Positions 41,295 to 53,962 of a stretch of 64,000 bases of DNA are shown here, in pieces. The translations under genes and the position numbers were made by a program. This DNA is from Chrysomallon squamiferum (Eukaryota > Animalia > Mollusca): NCBI GenBank assembly GCA_012295275.1, contig CM022665.1, forward strand, positions 38,812,001 to 38,876,000, given 5' to 3'. Below the pieces are notes generated by a model that was given only the letters and a program-made list of their open reading frames with translations, did not search any database and was not told the origin of the DNA. Every line of letters starts with the position of its first letter. The stretch's first letter is position 1.

Positions 41295-42236
41295 AGAAGT
41301 ATCAACAGCAGCCGTAATAGCATATATACCTTTTAATTTCTAAATACCTTACACTAGTAGGATGACATTTTTACAAAAGAAACGATATATTAATACAACA
41401 ATTGAAACAAAATGATGTAATTGTATTTTAGTAGTAAAACGCTTGTTTTCTTTTTTATTGTCGTTGTTACTACTACTGTTGCAGAGGATTTTATTAGTAC
41501 TATTATTACAACTACTGCAACGTCTACTGTTACTGCTAGTACTACTACTACTAATCCCACCATCATCACCGCCACCATCTCAACCACTATTTCTACTACT
41601 ATTACTGTTGATGCTGCTGCTACAGTTACTACCACAACCACTACTACCTCCATCAACACAATTATTATTATTACTTTTTTTATCTCTCTGTCCATATAAT
41701 AAATATTATATTATATTTATCTTTATGATTATTATTATTTATAATTTATTTGACTATAACATACTTATTTGCTTAGTAACTTGTTTATCTTGTAGCAGCA
41801 GGATTAGCAGTAGTCACAGTAACAAAAGCGATAGGAATAATGGATGTAGCATTGGTGATTGTAATACTGTTAATAGTAGCAGTGATGGTAATATAGTGAT
41901 AATAATAGTAGTAGTAGTAGTAATAGTAGTAGTAACTGCAGTAAGAGTAATACTTCATTGTGAAAGTAATATTTTTAAGCAGCATTTATTACATAAATCT
42001 GCTAGAATATTAATTTTAAGTAGGTAAGTAAATAAATAAATAAATAAAATATTCCGCTAATGGTCCGTCGCAATTAAAATTTTTGAATCTCTGTTAGATT
42101 AACTCTACAATCCTTAAACATGCGCACTGTGTCCTGTAATCACAGATGTAAAATGAGCCGAAAGCGTCGTTAATTAGACAGTTAAAGCGGTTTGTGGTGG
42201 TTACTCAGTCTTCCGTGCTATTTTATTAACGGCAAC
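24884..42236. repeat. 7-copy head-to-tail tandem array (macrosatellite-like), unit ~2.43-2.56 kb
   Basis: AGGTAATGTTCGGCGTTGGAG starts at 24884, 27445, 29870, 32323, 34801, 37234 and 39779. Units end in ...ACGGCAAC (ACGACAAC in unit 4), the last at 42236. Unit lengths are 2561, 2425, 2453, 2478, 2433, 2545 and 2458 bp. Each unit has the same order: unique head, GATA/GACA SSR, GT SSR, ATT SSR, ACT-rich block, AGT block, unique tail. Confidence 0.98.
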
Positions 42237-42405
42237 TTTTCTTAGAAATATTTTATTTTGATTTTATATTGTCATATTTGGAGTTATTTCCCTTAAATTG
42301 GAATTTTACTTCAAGAACAAAACACTGATTTTTATCTTTATTTTTAAAAAAAGTTAAAAAATTATTATATTCAAATTTCCTTTCTTCAAATACAGTTAAA
42401 TATAT

Positions 42406-42440
<35 letters not shown>

Positions 42441-43570
42441 AAAGCTATCCAATTAAAAGACATCAATTATTATCACTGCATGATCGTAAGCAGGATCAAA
42501 CCCGTCGTTCGAGGTTCGTTAAAAGAAACTTGTGCCCGCAGCTTCTTCATGAAACACAAGCCCGGAAAGCAGATATCTGTTTAAAAAAACGTGCTGCTCT
42601 TGTATAATTCAAAGCGTAGTGATTCACACAGATTTGGCAATTAATACAAATTTTGCGCTTGTGTTTTGAAAAGACATTTCCACAATTACCTATTACCCTA
42701 GTGATTTAGTTAAAATGATGTGTGTGCTATAATTCAGTCATCAGAGAACCCGGCTACTGCGTCACTGGTCTCAGGATAATTCCACCTCCGTGCGCCAAAC
42801 GGGCTATTTTTCCGTTTTGTTTGGTGTCTAAAAACTTATTTATCAAAGGAAGTTATTATTCATACAGAAAATATTTTCGCTGGTAACATAAAAAAAAAAA
42901 AAATTACCCAAAATTGTAGATATCGTGTTCTTCTTATCTTCATATCTCTATCATCTTTGATCATTTACATCAAGCTTCATAACCGTATATTTAAAATATT
43001 TTAAACATGTCGTTAAAATAATCCTTCGAGCAGCATGGTGATACTGTTAGAGGTAAAGCTGAGAATGATGAACTGACTTGTTCTTTGTCGCAGTAATTAC
43101 TAATCAAGCTTAATATAATATTTAACAACAACAACATCAACAACAATAATAACAATAATAATAATAATAATAATAATAATAATTTTTAAATCTCGTAAAT
43201 TTTATAAATTTCTTAATTTGTGAAGTTCCACTGAATAAAGGAAAAATATTCATCACAGAAAGATTGCATAAATATTAAATGAATAAAATTAATCAGAAAC
43301 TTTTATTACGCAGCTGTTAAATCTCTCCCAATAACAATAATACAGGAATACGCACTCTTAGAGAAAAGAAAAACTATGTATATTCTTCTGTGATTACACT
43401 GTATTAGGCATATTGTGTTTAATAATGAAACTCAGTCTGGAAAGAAATTTGTTATGGCTAATTATAGGCAGTTATTTCCCTTTGACCTTTCAAACTGAAT
43501 AACATTTTGCTCTATCAGTTTAGTTTTTTTTTTTTTTTTATTATTATTATTCTATTTTTTAAATCATTTT

Positions 43571-43571
<1 letters not shown>

Positions 43572-43631
<60 letters not shown>
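43572..43631. repeat. (CT)n microsatellite
   Basis: Direct reading of the sequence. Confidence 0.97.
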
Positions 43632-43634
<3 letters not shown>

Positions 43635-44054
43635 TATATACACACCCACGCATATATGTCTACAATACCTCGATTTTTGTTTTCTGCCTTATTTCATTTT
43701 CGTTCATTTTTTAAAATCAGCTGATAAAATTTATGCTGATTTAAACTGAAAATTATAAATAATTAAAAGAACATTTTCCCTAAGTTTATTTCTCTGAAAT
43801 ATTTAAAGATATTATTTTTATTTTATTTTCTCATTTGTGCCAGTTTGTCAGACCTTTCTCTTCTGTAGCTGAATTATTTATTTCTGTATATGCTCATGTG
43901 TGTGTATATATGTGCAAATGCCTGTCGGTCCGTCTCCTCAACTTTAATAATATCCCAATTCCATATAATTATTTTTGTAAAAAAATGTAAAATTATTAAA
44001 CCAGATGGCATCAGTATCAAGTAATCATTTCCAAAAATAATCCTTTCCGAGTAC

Positions 44055-44350
44055 ATGTAATTAGATTACAAGTTGTTTTTTATTTTCCACACTATCCATA
44101 TCTCTTTATTATAATCCACAATTCGTATCACTTCAACATATTCATTTTACAAATTCATTGTTTGTTTTTACCTAACCTCAAGGAGCCGTAAAATCCGCTA
44201 AGTGTTAACATATTGCCTTCAAACTCGCATCCCGCAAACTTTCGCTGTTAGTATTAGGAAAACAATATCTTAGTGAGCGGCTATGAATATTCATAAGTGT
44301 ACACACTGATGTTTTGATTGATAATCCATCAGGTGAGTGCTAATCCGCTT
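44055..44350. promoter_or_regulatory. Candidate homeodomain/POU enhancer (P3 palindrome, three TAATCC, POU dimer palindrome)
   Basis: TAATTAGATTA at 44058; TAATCC at 44112, 44322 and 44341; TATGAATATTCATA at 44282. Motif matches only. Confidence 0.3.
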
Positions 44351-44840
44351 ATAATGCATGTTGTCGTAATTTGTCGACATTATCATAAGATTACATAGTG
44401 TCAACAAAAACGGTAAACACTCGTGAACATGTGTCATGGCGGCGTTCCATATGTTATCAGACAACGATTTTTGTCTTGAAGTTTGATTTCATTATTGTTG
44501 TTTCTGATCTTCATGATCGTCATTATAATGATGATGATGATGATGATAAAATAATCATATTTTATAGTTGAACAGTTTAGTCTCCTGTTATTCCATTTCC
44601 ACTGTATATTATTATTTTTTTGCTTGTAAGTTACTGGCTGCTTTTGTTTTTTTTTTTTTTTTAAATCTGATTGCTCCTTCATTCATCCGAATATTTTATT
44701 AATTTTTTTTTAATACAACTTTTTTTATTTATTTATTTATTTATTTACTTATTTATTTATTTTATATTTTTATGTCACAAATTATTATTTTCTATCTTGA
44801 ATGAGAGAAAATGTACATTTATAGCACATAAACACTTCTT

Positions 44841-44871
<31 letters not shown>

Positions 44872-45464
44872 CTATGCATAAAAAAAAAAATAATAATAAT
44901 AATAAAAATACAAACTGAAATTTTAAAAATGAAAATGAAAACATATCAAAGTAGATCAATCAAACATTAATAACCTTTCTCTTTAGCCTACTTCCCAATC
45001 TAAGCGACGCAAAAAAACACGGAGGAAACTACAAAGGGAAGAAGATATGATATTGCGTCTAAACACCGGACCATAGCACATAAACAACCAAAGCTGTAGC
45101 CGCTCTGCGATAAAAACAGCCACGCGACGGTAAAACGATATGACACAAACACACGTGTATAATGCCTAATATGACACGTCCTGTCAAACGGGATTTTGTG
45201 GTCCTTTGCGAGGTTTTGCAAACGCCGCGTGCGTCAGTAACGTTGACAGGTTATCTGAGGCCTTACCCAGCTTGAGCGACGTTTACCGCGACGTTGTCGT
45301 CGTGTCCATATAAAACAAAAGCAGATGATTTTTCAGACAAAACAAACAGAGCTATATTGTGTTTCCTTTCTTATCTGTTTTAGCGCATCTGTCACTAAAA
45401 TGTAGTAATTAAGAGAGAAAATTATCTTTCGCCCCGAACAGCACTGAATGTTGGTTAATACGTT

Positions 45465-45645
45465 CTACTGTACTGTACAGTACTGTGTGTTATTGTACTG
45501 TTTTCTTTTGTACTGTATAATGTTGTTCTATACTGTATATTACTGTATGGTATTGCATTGTGTTGTATTGTACTGTACTGTATTTTTACTGTACTGTCTG
45601 ATATTGTATTGTGTTGTTGCATTGTGTTGTGTTGTATTGTATTGC
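45465..45645. repeat. Degenerate pentanucleotide repeat (TACTG/TATTG/TGTTG)n
   Basis: 5-bp periodicity, e.g. tactgtactgta and ttgtgttgtattgtattg. Confidence 0.85.
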
Positions 45646-46986
45646 ATCATTTCATATCATTTTTATTATTTTGTGCTTGCTGTATTTTACTGATCTTTAT
45701 TATATTAGAATGGAAATGAAACTAAATATAATGTCTTTACATATATACCTGGTTCTTTGTTTGTCTGTTATGTTATATAATAACATACGCAGACATATAT
45801 GGATAAACTTAAACAAGATTTACATTGTTTTGTATGCGATAGATTTTTCCAGCACTTTAATTAATCTTTAATTTACTGAAATTTGTTACGGCCTGAATTG
45901 GTGCTTTTTTTAAGTATGTTTCATGCACTGTCTCTTTTTTTTTTTTTTTTTTTTTTTTTTTCATATTAGAAAATAAAGAGAAATGAAAAGCACATGTAAA
46001 ATATATATATATATATATATTCTTAGAATGTATTATAATTAAAAATATTTTATTTAAATTCAGAAAAATGAAAATTAATAAGATCAGACTGCGTGACTAA
46101 TAATTAGACAGTCAGACAGGTAGGTATGTAGGAAAGCAAACAGAGAAATATTATAAAATGAAACGCAGTCTGACAGACTGAAAAAAAAAAAGACAAAAAA
46201 AAAAAAGATGAAGAATTTTAAGCAGACCAAGTAATTATCCTGAAACAATATCGATACATAACAAGACAACTTGAGCAGAAAAGTTGTTCCACATACGCAC
46301 GCGCTTGCGAAAATCACATAATAGGATAGTTACTCGGCTTTTTTTTTTTTTTCTACATGGGTGGTTAGAACCAATCTTCTCCTGTACTCTTATTACTTCT
46401 CTGTCTTCTGTTGGAGCGCGGCGTCCACACGTGAATGGTTCGTTTGTGTTTTAGATTTTTTAATACACGGCAATAACTCGATGTTTGACAAACAAAAACA
46501 TCCACTCTTATGTTCTGTTGTGAGTTGTGATTTGCCATTGAGGCGAGTGACACGACGTTAAATTCTCGACTCCCAAATCTGTCACTTCAGACTCTCATCA
46601 CTTCTCCCGTTCCCGCCTCTTCAAGTTGGAAAAAGAGTCCCACCACCATTACTCCCTTTGACAGTCTTCTAAAACGATCTGTTATCACGAGTAAAAGTTG
46701 AATGGCGAAAATCACGAAATCCAACTAATTGCTCTCTCGAGTATCTTTATGATGCCGTCTCCTAAATGAACTCCTTTCTTTGGCCCTCTATCGGATCCTT
46801 CTCGAGGAGCATGTACGTTCGTCTCGGTGACAGAAGGCCATACAGCTGCCTGCAATTCGTGTGACCCTCGTTATTCAGCGGAGAAAAAAAAAATTAAGAA
46901 AGAAAAAAGAAAATTCGAAAGCAAATCGACGATGTAGGTCCTCTCCAAACATAAAGCAAATAATTTCTACACCGGTCGCAGAAAGA

Positions 46987-47017
<31 letters not shown>

Positions 47018-47041
47018 CTCTCCTTTTTCTTTTCTTCATCT

Positions 47042-47072
<31 letters not shown>

Positions 47073-47220
47073 CTGTCTTAAAACTTTTTTTTTTTTTTTT
47101 TTTATCTGATGCCGTCGTATCCCGTACACTGTCGTTTCTATCGGTGTGTCACCGTCGGTCGTATAAGGGAGAGAAATGTTTTGATTAAGATTTTAGGTTA
47201 TGCCCCCTTTGTTGCTTATT

Positions 47221-47357
47221 TGCAAACAGTGTGACATGTTTAAACATGGCGCCTGAATAAGAAGGGTGTAGTGACTATACACGGTGTTTACTAGGCGACT
47301 ACACCAGGTGTTTAGCAAATTGTTACTTTTCTCCTCTATTTGCACAAACTGTTTGCA
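47221..47357. other. 137-bp segment bounded by 10-bp inverted repeats, with internal palindromes (MITE-like or fold-back element)
   Basis: TGCAAACAGT (47221) pairs with ACTGTTTGCA (47348); palindrome CATGTTTAAACATG at 47235; GGTGTAGT (47265) pairs with ACTACACC (47298). Confidence 0.4.
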
Positions 47358-47809
47358 CGGCCAATAAGGGAAAGGATATATCTGAATAGCAGTAACAGCG
47401 AGTCTTTTTCTAGACCCAGTCTTAAACGATTGTGTACAATTGGAGACTTTCTATTTCTGTAATTTATTTCTTTTACCTCTCGTCACAATTATTTTATTTT
47501 ATTTTTTTCAGTGTTGTTATGTACGCTCGCGTTCAACTTGTGCAGATTTCATACAGTCTGTTGTTGACAGTTATTTAAGTCAATTAAATGCATACATATT
47601 TTTCAAATCGCATTGTATGATTACACGTGTCTGCAGTGAATGTTTGACACGTGTTAAAGCACGTTTGTTAAACACTTCATATCGTCTGTTACATCCACAG
47701 TGCACACAGAATAATCTGTCTTTTACTATTTAGTTTTAAAATTATCTCTTGTCTATATTTACTTATTTAATATTTACTGTCTGGTTATTATTGTTGTTGT
47801 TGTTGTTGC

Positions 47810-47861
<52 letters not shown>

Positions 47862-47949
47862 GGTTTAGTATTATTATTGTTTTTATTATTTTATTTCTGT
47901 TTTATTTTATTGTTCGTTTGGTTTGGTTTTATTTATTTTAATTTTATTT

Positions 47950-47992
<43 letters not shown>

Positions 47993-48163
47993 CCTGTCTA
48001 CCTATCTATTAATCTATTAATCTATCTAAAAATTAACGTATGTTATTTTAGTTTTATTTATAACGTTTTTCACACATATTCATATTTTATATTGTTTACT
48101 GAAACTCATGTATAATACGTTTTCTCATAAAGAAAAGAAAAATTAGTAATAAGACATTGATTT

Positions 48164-48218
<55 letters not shown>

Positions 48219-49536
48219 TATATTTAGTTTAACAATAATCGTGTAACTGAAATATTCTATTTATCATTTAGCATGAAATACTAAATATTTAACTGCTATC
48301 ATTAAAACTAAAGTATTTAGTTCAAAATCAAGAATGCTATAATGTTCTAATTAGCGGATCGTTTTGGACAGAAGTTATTATTATAATTATTTTTTTTTTC
48401 CAGTCTCTGCCAACCTCATCACAAATTCTGAACGCTCACAGAACCAGAACGACTTGGTGAAGTGGATTTTGTTTCCGATGTGATATTGCATCACTGATAA
48501 CCCTCTGCGAAGCTAGTTAACGTCATTGAAGTCTTGTCGTGTTCACTTCTGTGAAGATGAAGGAAGAGTTGGAGAAGAGGAGGAAAAAAAAAAAAAAAAA
48601 AAACTTCATTAGAGCCGTATCACTGACACAAGTTGAGACCAATTTCAGTGCAACGTTTTGAAGCGTTCATTAGAACCATATACATTCTGATAGCTAAGTG
48701 CTCTCCGTGTCCGGAGTCGTTATAAAGCACCTTCTTGATGTCTTAGTCCTCCAAGTGGTTGTCCAGTTGCTTCCTGGACGCTGAACCCTCTCGCAGATGG
48801 ACCCGAGACTAATAAGAACCTTTCGTGTGTCATCGATATTGTTTTCGGGAAGCTAAGGAGACAGCAAAAGTGCTTTTGAGACGGCCAACACTAAATATAG
48901 TCCGAGTGAGTTGCTTCGGCCCCAGCTGGATACGTGTGTGTCCAGCAACTCCGTGGACAGGAAGGACCTCTTCGGACCGGATTGAGAGGCTAATAACGAA
49001 CTCTTGGGTGTCAATACTATTGTTTTCGAGCACCTCTAAGTCTATGATTGAAAAATTGTACAACGGCAAAGCTCTTTTGAAACGGGAGAAGCTGAAGAAG
49101 GCGACGTCACGGGAGCAGATGGTACGAGAGAGCGAGATGACGCTGTCGTCGTGATGAACGTGTCATCGCGAAAAACACGGGGGTCCTTCTTCAGTGTCAC
49201 AGTTGATGTCTTGCGAGGATCAGACGACTAATGAGTTGCCTGTGTGCGAACTAAGCCGATGCCATTCACCAACACGATGGCCCGATTTTTTTTTTTTTTT
49301 TTTTTTTTAATAATTCGTAATATTACACCGATCTCTTATGGTTTTTTTTTTTTTTTTTTAAATATCTGAAATTAGGTCTTGGGTAACAGTTAAAAGATAA
49401 AATATCGTTCATGTTCATTATTAATTTTCTATCGCTCAAGTTGGTCCAAGTTTAAGGCTAAGTAATGATGTTAACATTAATGGGTTATTTAAAGAATAAA
49501 ATGATAATCAATTTTTTTTTAAAAACTTGAAATTAT

Positions 49537-49538
<2 letters not shown>

Positions 49539-49608
<70 letters not shown>
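49539..49608. repeat. (CT)n microsatellite
   Basis: Direct reading of the sequence. Confidence 0.97.
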
Positions 49609-49611
<3 letters not shown>

Positions 49612-50889
49612 AAATTTTGTCCATATTTATTCTATAACATTTTGTTAAAACGTATAATTATGTGTATTAAAATATCACTTCAAATAATAGGATTCTTATT
49701 GATTTGTATAATCACGCTTTATTTTATATTAAAGGAAAGAAAAATATTCATTGTTCAGTTATCAGTTCATTAACCCTTTAAGATTAATGTTTCCTATTTA
49801 CATTTACCCATTCAATCACGCATACATTTATTTATTTATTTATTTATTTATTTACTTATTTATTTACTTTCCCGATCTTTATTGTTCGTGTGACCTAAAT
49901 AAAACTAATGGCAGTAATCTGAGATAATTATTGCTATTAAAGTATCGTCAGCTCTTGTAATAATCTGACAGATGACGCTGCTGCGTTTTGTCAATTATCT
50001 GATACTGTGGTTAGCACTCGTTTATCGAATGACGTTTTCCACAATGACGGGGTATCAGCAGGGGTGAGGCTGGTTCTCTTCAAAAAAGGGAGGATTGTTA
50101 CAAACGGACGAACGAGACACACGTGGTTTCAATGCACGTGGGAGTGTTTCGGCGAACCCCGCCGGTGAGGGCATCAAACAGTGTCCACCTAACACCTCGT
50201 TATCGACTTTTTCCGCAGTTCCGTATTATCCCAGTTTTAAATCGGTTCAATTATTGAGTCCGGTCATTAACTACAACACGTCTGTTTCTTTGGTTACTCG
50301 GTATCTTTTAGCTATTAAACGGGGCGTGAAACATATTGGTCAGTTTAATTGGTGTCTTGCTGAATAGCTGTCCACACCTGTGGTTTGACCATTGATGATG
50401 GACAATGAGTCAAATGGACGATGGTCAGTCAGCTCTGGTTGGTTGATTTCAGATTCATTTTCATACTGGATACATACGTAGACACATAGCGAGACAGACC
50501 AATACGCAAACACTCGCAAACATGTACACATTTAATGCGAACTTCATTTAAACAACATAGTTTCACGTTCTTTTTCTGTTGTTTTTGTTGTTGTTGTTGT
50601 TACTACAACTACTAATACTATTAATACTAATACTAAAATTACTACTATTACTACTACTACTATTTTTATTTTCATCACTATCATCCTCATTATCATTATT
50701 ATTATCTAAAAGATATTTTGGGATTCGTTATTATAATTTTTTCTTTTTTCTTTTGATAACGCAATTCAAAAGAAAAAATTAATTATTAATTTCATCTTTA
50801 TAATTTAAAAAGTATATTTCCCTTTTCAAGTTTAATATTATTTTGTTTGTTTAAGTTTCATTGTTATTTTTTATCTTTTCACCTTCAGT

Positions 50890-51385
50890 TATTATTTTTG
50901 ATCCTGTGAATCATGTATGACCTAAAAACAACTAAATGAATTAAAAGAAGTAAAAAAAAATAAAGTTTTTTTTCTGTTTTGTAATTATTTTATTTTTAAT
51001 TTTGATATTTTAAAATTTTATTATGATTTTGATGCTGTGAATCTTAATTAAACAACCACTACAATTTCGATGTCAAATTAATTTAGTTATAATTTTGATC
51101 CTTTAAATTTCATTATTATTTTGTTCAATTTTATCGTTTGAATTTAATTATTAGTTTCATTCTTTGAATTATATTACAAAAATGGTAAGAGACAATTAAA
51201 ATAATAATAATTATTATTATTATTCATATTATTAAAATTTTTTTTTTGATGACACTATAGAGATCCTTTAAATTTTATTTAAAAAAATAATAAAAATTTG
51301 TCTTTTACCATTTTTATTATTCTCTTTTGATCCTGTCGAACGCCAGCATTAATTTTTATCATTTCAATTTTGATACTTTTTTGAT
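50890..51385. repeat. Degenerate AT-rich minisatellite remnant (ATTTTGATCCT..AATT-like motif)
   Basis: TTTTGAT(C/G/A)(C/T)T-type motifs recur at ~50896, 51000, 51027, 51064, 51093, 51260, 51325 and 51368 with irregular spacing. Confidence 0.45.
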
Positions 51386-51436
51386 TCTTTGTATTTCGTT
51401 ACAGTGAAGTCCTACGTGACCTAAAACTGACCAGTA

Positions 51437-51480
<44 letters not shown>

Positions 51481-51780
51481 CCACACAGAGAAGAAGCACC
51501 GCAGTGAGTTAAAATTGATCTAATTACCGCACGGACACTAGCCCATGGCTCGACGCGGTACACGTGTGTCTCAGTCAGGGCTAAACTCTGATGGTTAATG
51601 CGGTATGAAGCAAATGTCTTCCACCAGCACATCTCAGTCGCTCTGGGCAGTCTCCGATACAACCAGGCTTTTGTGGAGAGAACTAACAGCAAACATATCG
51701 GCTTGAATGAATACGTTGTTAGTGTAACAAGCTTAGTTTAACCGCGATACTGAAACATGGCGTGAAATTCCTTCAGATTT

Positions 51781-51815
<35 letters not shown>

Positions 51816-52346
51816 AAAAAGAAAAAAAAAAAAGAAGTGGGAAGAGCAAAAAAATTCCCGTTAAAATGCGGTTAATTGAGATAAAACAGAAACATGTGAA
51901 ATAAAATAATGTCCATTTTCTTTCCAAATTGCTGTGATTTGATACATGAAACTGATTCCGGTTTGTTTGTGTTTTCATAATTAAACAGTGTATGTCAAAT
52001 AAAAATAATATAGACGACGACTAGAGGTACTAATAGTAGCAGAATCTGTTATCATAGTTACACTACTACTACTACTACTACTACTGCACTTACTTCTACA
52101 TAGCGGATATGACTATGTTACTTTAGTTATTACGTCAGATATAATTCCTGCTTACATAGTTATGACTTAAATAATTATTGTTCTTATTTATTTACTGTGA
52201 CTGAAGGATAGAATTTCTTTGAATATTTATTATATTGCATTCATAATTTTCAGTCGGTGAGATTTGAAATGTCTTGTTTATTATTAATAATAATAATAAT
52301 AATAATATTTTTATTTTTACCAACATTCATATTTTTACCAACATCA

Positions 52347-52387
<41 letters not shown>

Positions 52388-53359
52388 AATGAAACGAATT
52401 AAAAACGAGAAAACACAAATGGATTCCAGTTTTCACAAACTGAAATTATGAATGTAATAATTGTAAATCTATAACATTTTAAAACAGTTATTTCCTTCAG
52501 TAAAAGTAATAATAAATAAATAAATAATCATTAGTAGTAAGGATAAATCATGCCAGACATAAGTATTTTATCTAGTTATCTACATTTAAATTTTAATTTA
52601 AATACGTTTTCTTTATTAGCGTATAGAATTATTTACCTCATAACAACTGATATTTTTATACCGAGATATCGATAAGTATTTATTTGTTCATCCATTCATG
52701 ATAACATTTATTCATTCGTTCATTTATGCATTCATTTATTCACTCTTATTTATTTTCACATTCATTTATTCATTCATAATACTCATTTTTTATTCATTCA
52801 GAAATTCATCTATTCATTCATTCATTCAAAAATTATAACCAGAGGGCATCATGCCAATGACATAAATAAAACCAGTATTTGAAACGTATCTTTTCTGCAA
52901 TGAAACATTAAATTTTTTTTTATTTTTTATTTTTTTTTAAATTTAGTTTTTTTTTAGTTCATAAAAGTCGCATCCTTTTTTTTTTTTTTCTCTCTATTTC
53001 TTTTTAAAAATAATTCTTTGTTTTTGCTGGACAACTACTAAAATGTGTCAGATGTTTGGAAAATTTTTGTCTAGAACAGTTGTATTCACAAAATTTTCAG
53101 TTACCATGGTTACAGGGTACTTGAGCCGTCAACGGCATAGAAATGCGACTGACGACGTTGGCCAAGAAAACCTCTTCAACATCGGAAGCGACGCACATGT
53201 ATGAGCTTAATCGAACAGCTTCCAAGACAGAATTTTTTTTTTTTTTTTTATCTTTCTCTCATTCTTGTTATGAAAGACAAGTGAATTGAAGATGATGAAT
53301 GCAAAATATGACTAAGATATATTTGGTTTTTGTTATTACGCCTTGTCTGTTTTATTGTA

Positions 53360-53396
53360 TTTTATGTTATTATTGTTTATTATTATTATTGTTTAG

Positions 53397-53441
<45 letters not shown>

Positions 53442-53510
53442 TTAATTTTTAATATTATTATTATTATTATTATTATTATTTATTTTTATTATTTCTTGTT
53501 TATTTATTCA

Positions 53511-53541
<31 letters not shown>

Positions 53542-53562
53542 CGTTATTATTATTATTATTTA

Positions 53563-53616
<54 letters not shown>

Positions 53617-53627
53617 ATTATTATTAT
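53360..53627. repeat. Long interrupted (TTA)n microsatellite
   Basis: Direct reading of the sequence. Confidence 0.93.
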
Positions 53628-53923
53628 GAAGAAAACCATAAAATAAAAAAATCTCAACGATTTTAACATTTCGAAGTTTTGTTAATTTTTGGTTTGTTTG
53701 ATGTTTTTTGTTGTTTTTATTTTTTACGACTATTATTATTTTAAATTATTTATAAAATGTTTAAAATGTCATTCATTGCTATTGTTACAGATTGTTTCGT
53801 TTTCACCTTTGTGATTATTTAAATTGTTTTTATGATTAGTTATTATTTCACAAAAATGTACAGTCTTTGTTGGAACAATTTAACTTTCATAGATGATGTC
53901 TTTATTTTTGTCATTACTAAACA

Positions 53924-53962
<39 letters not shown>

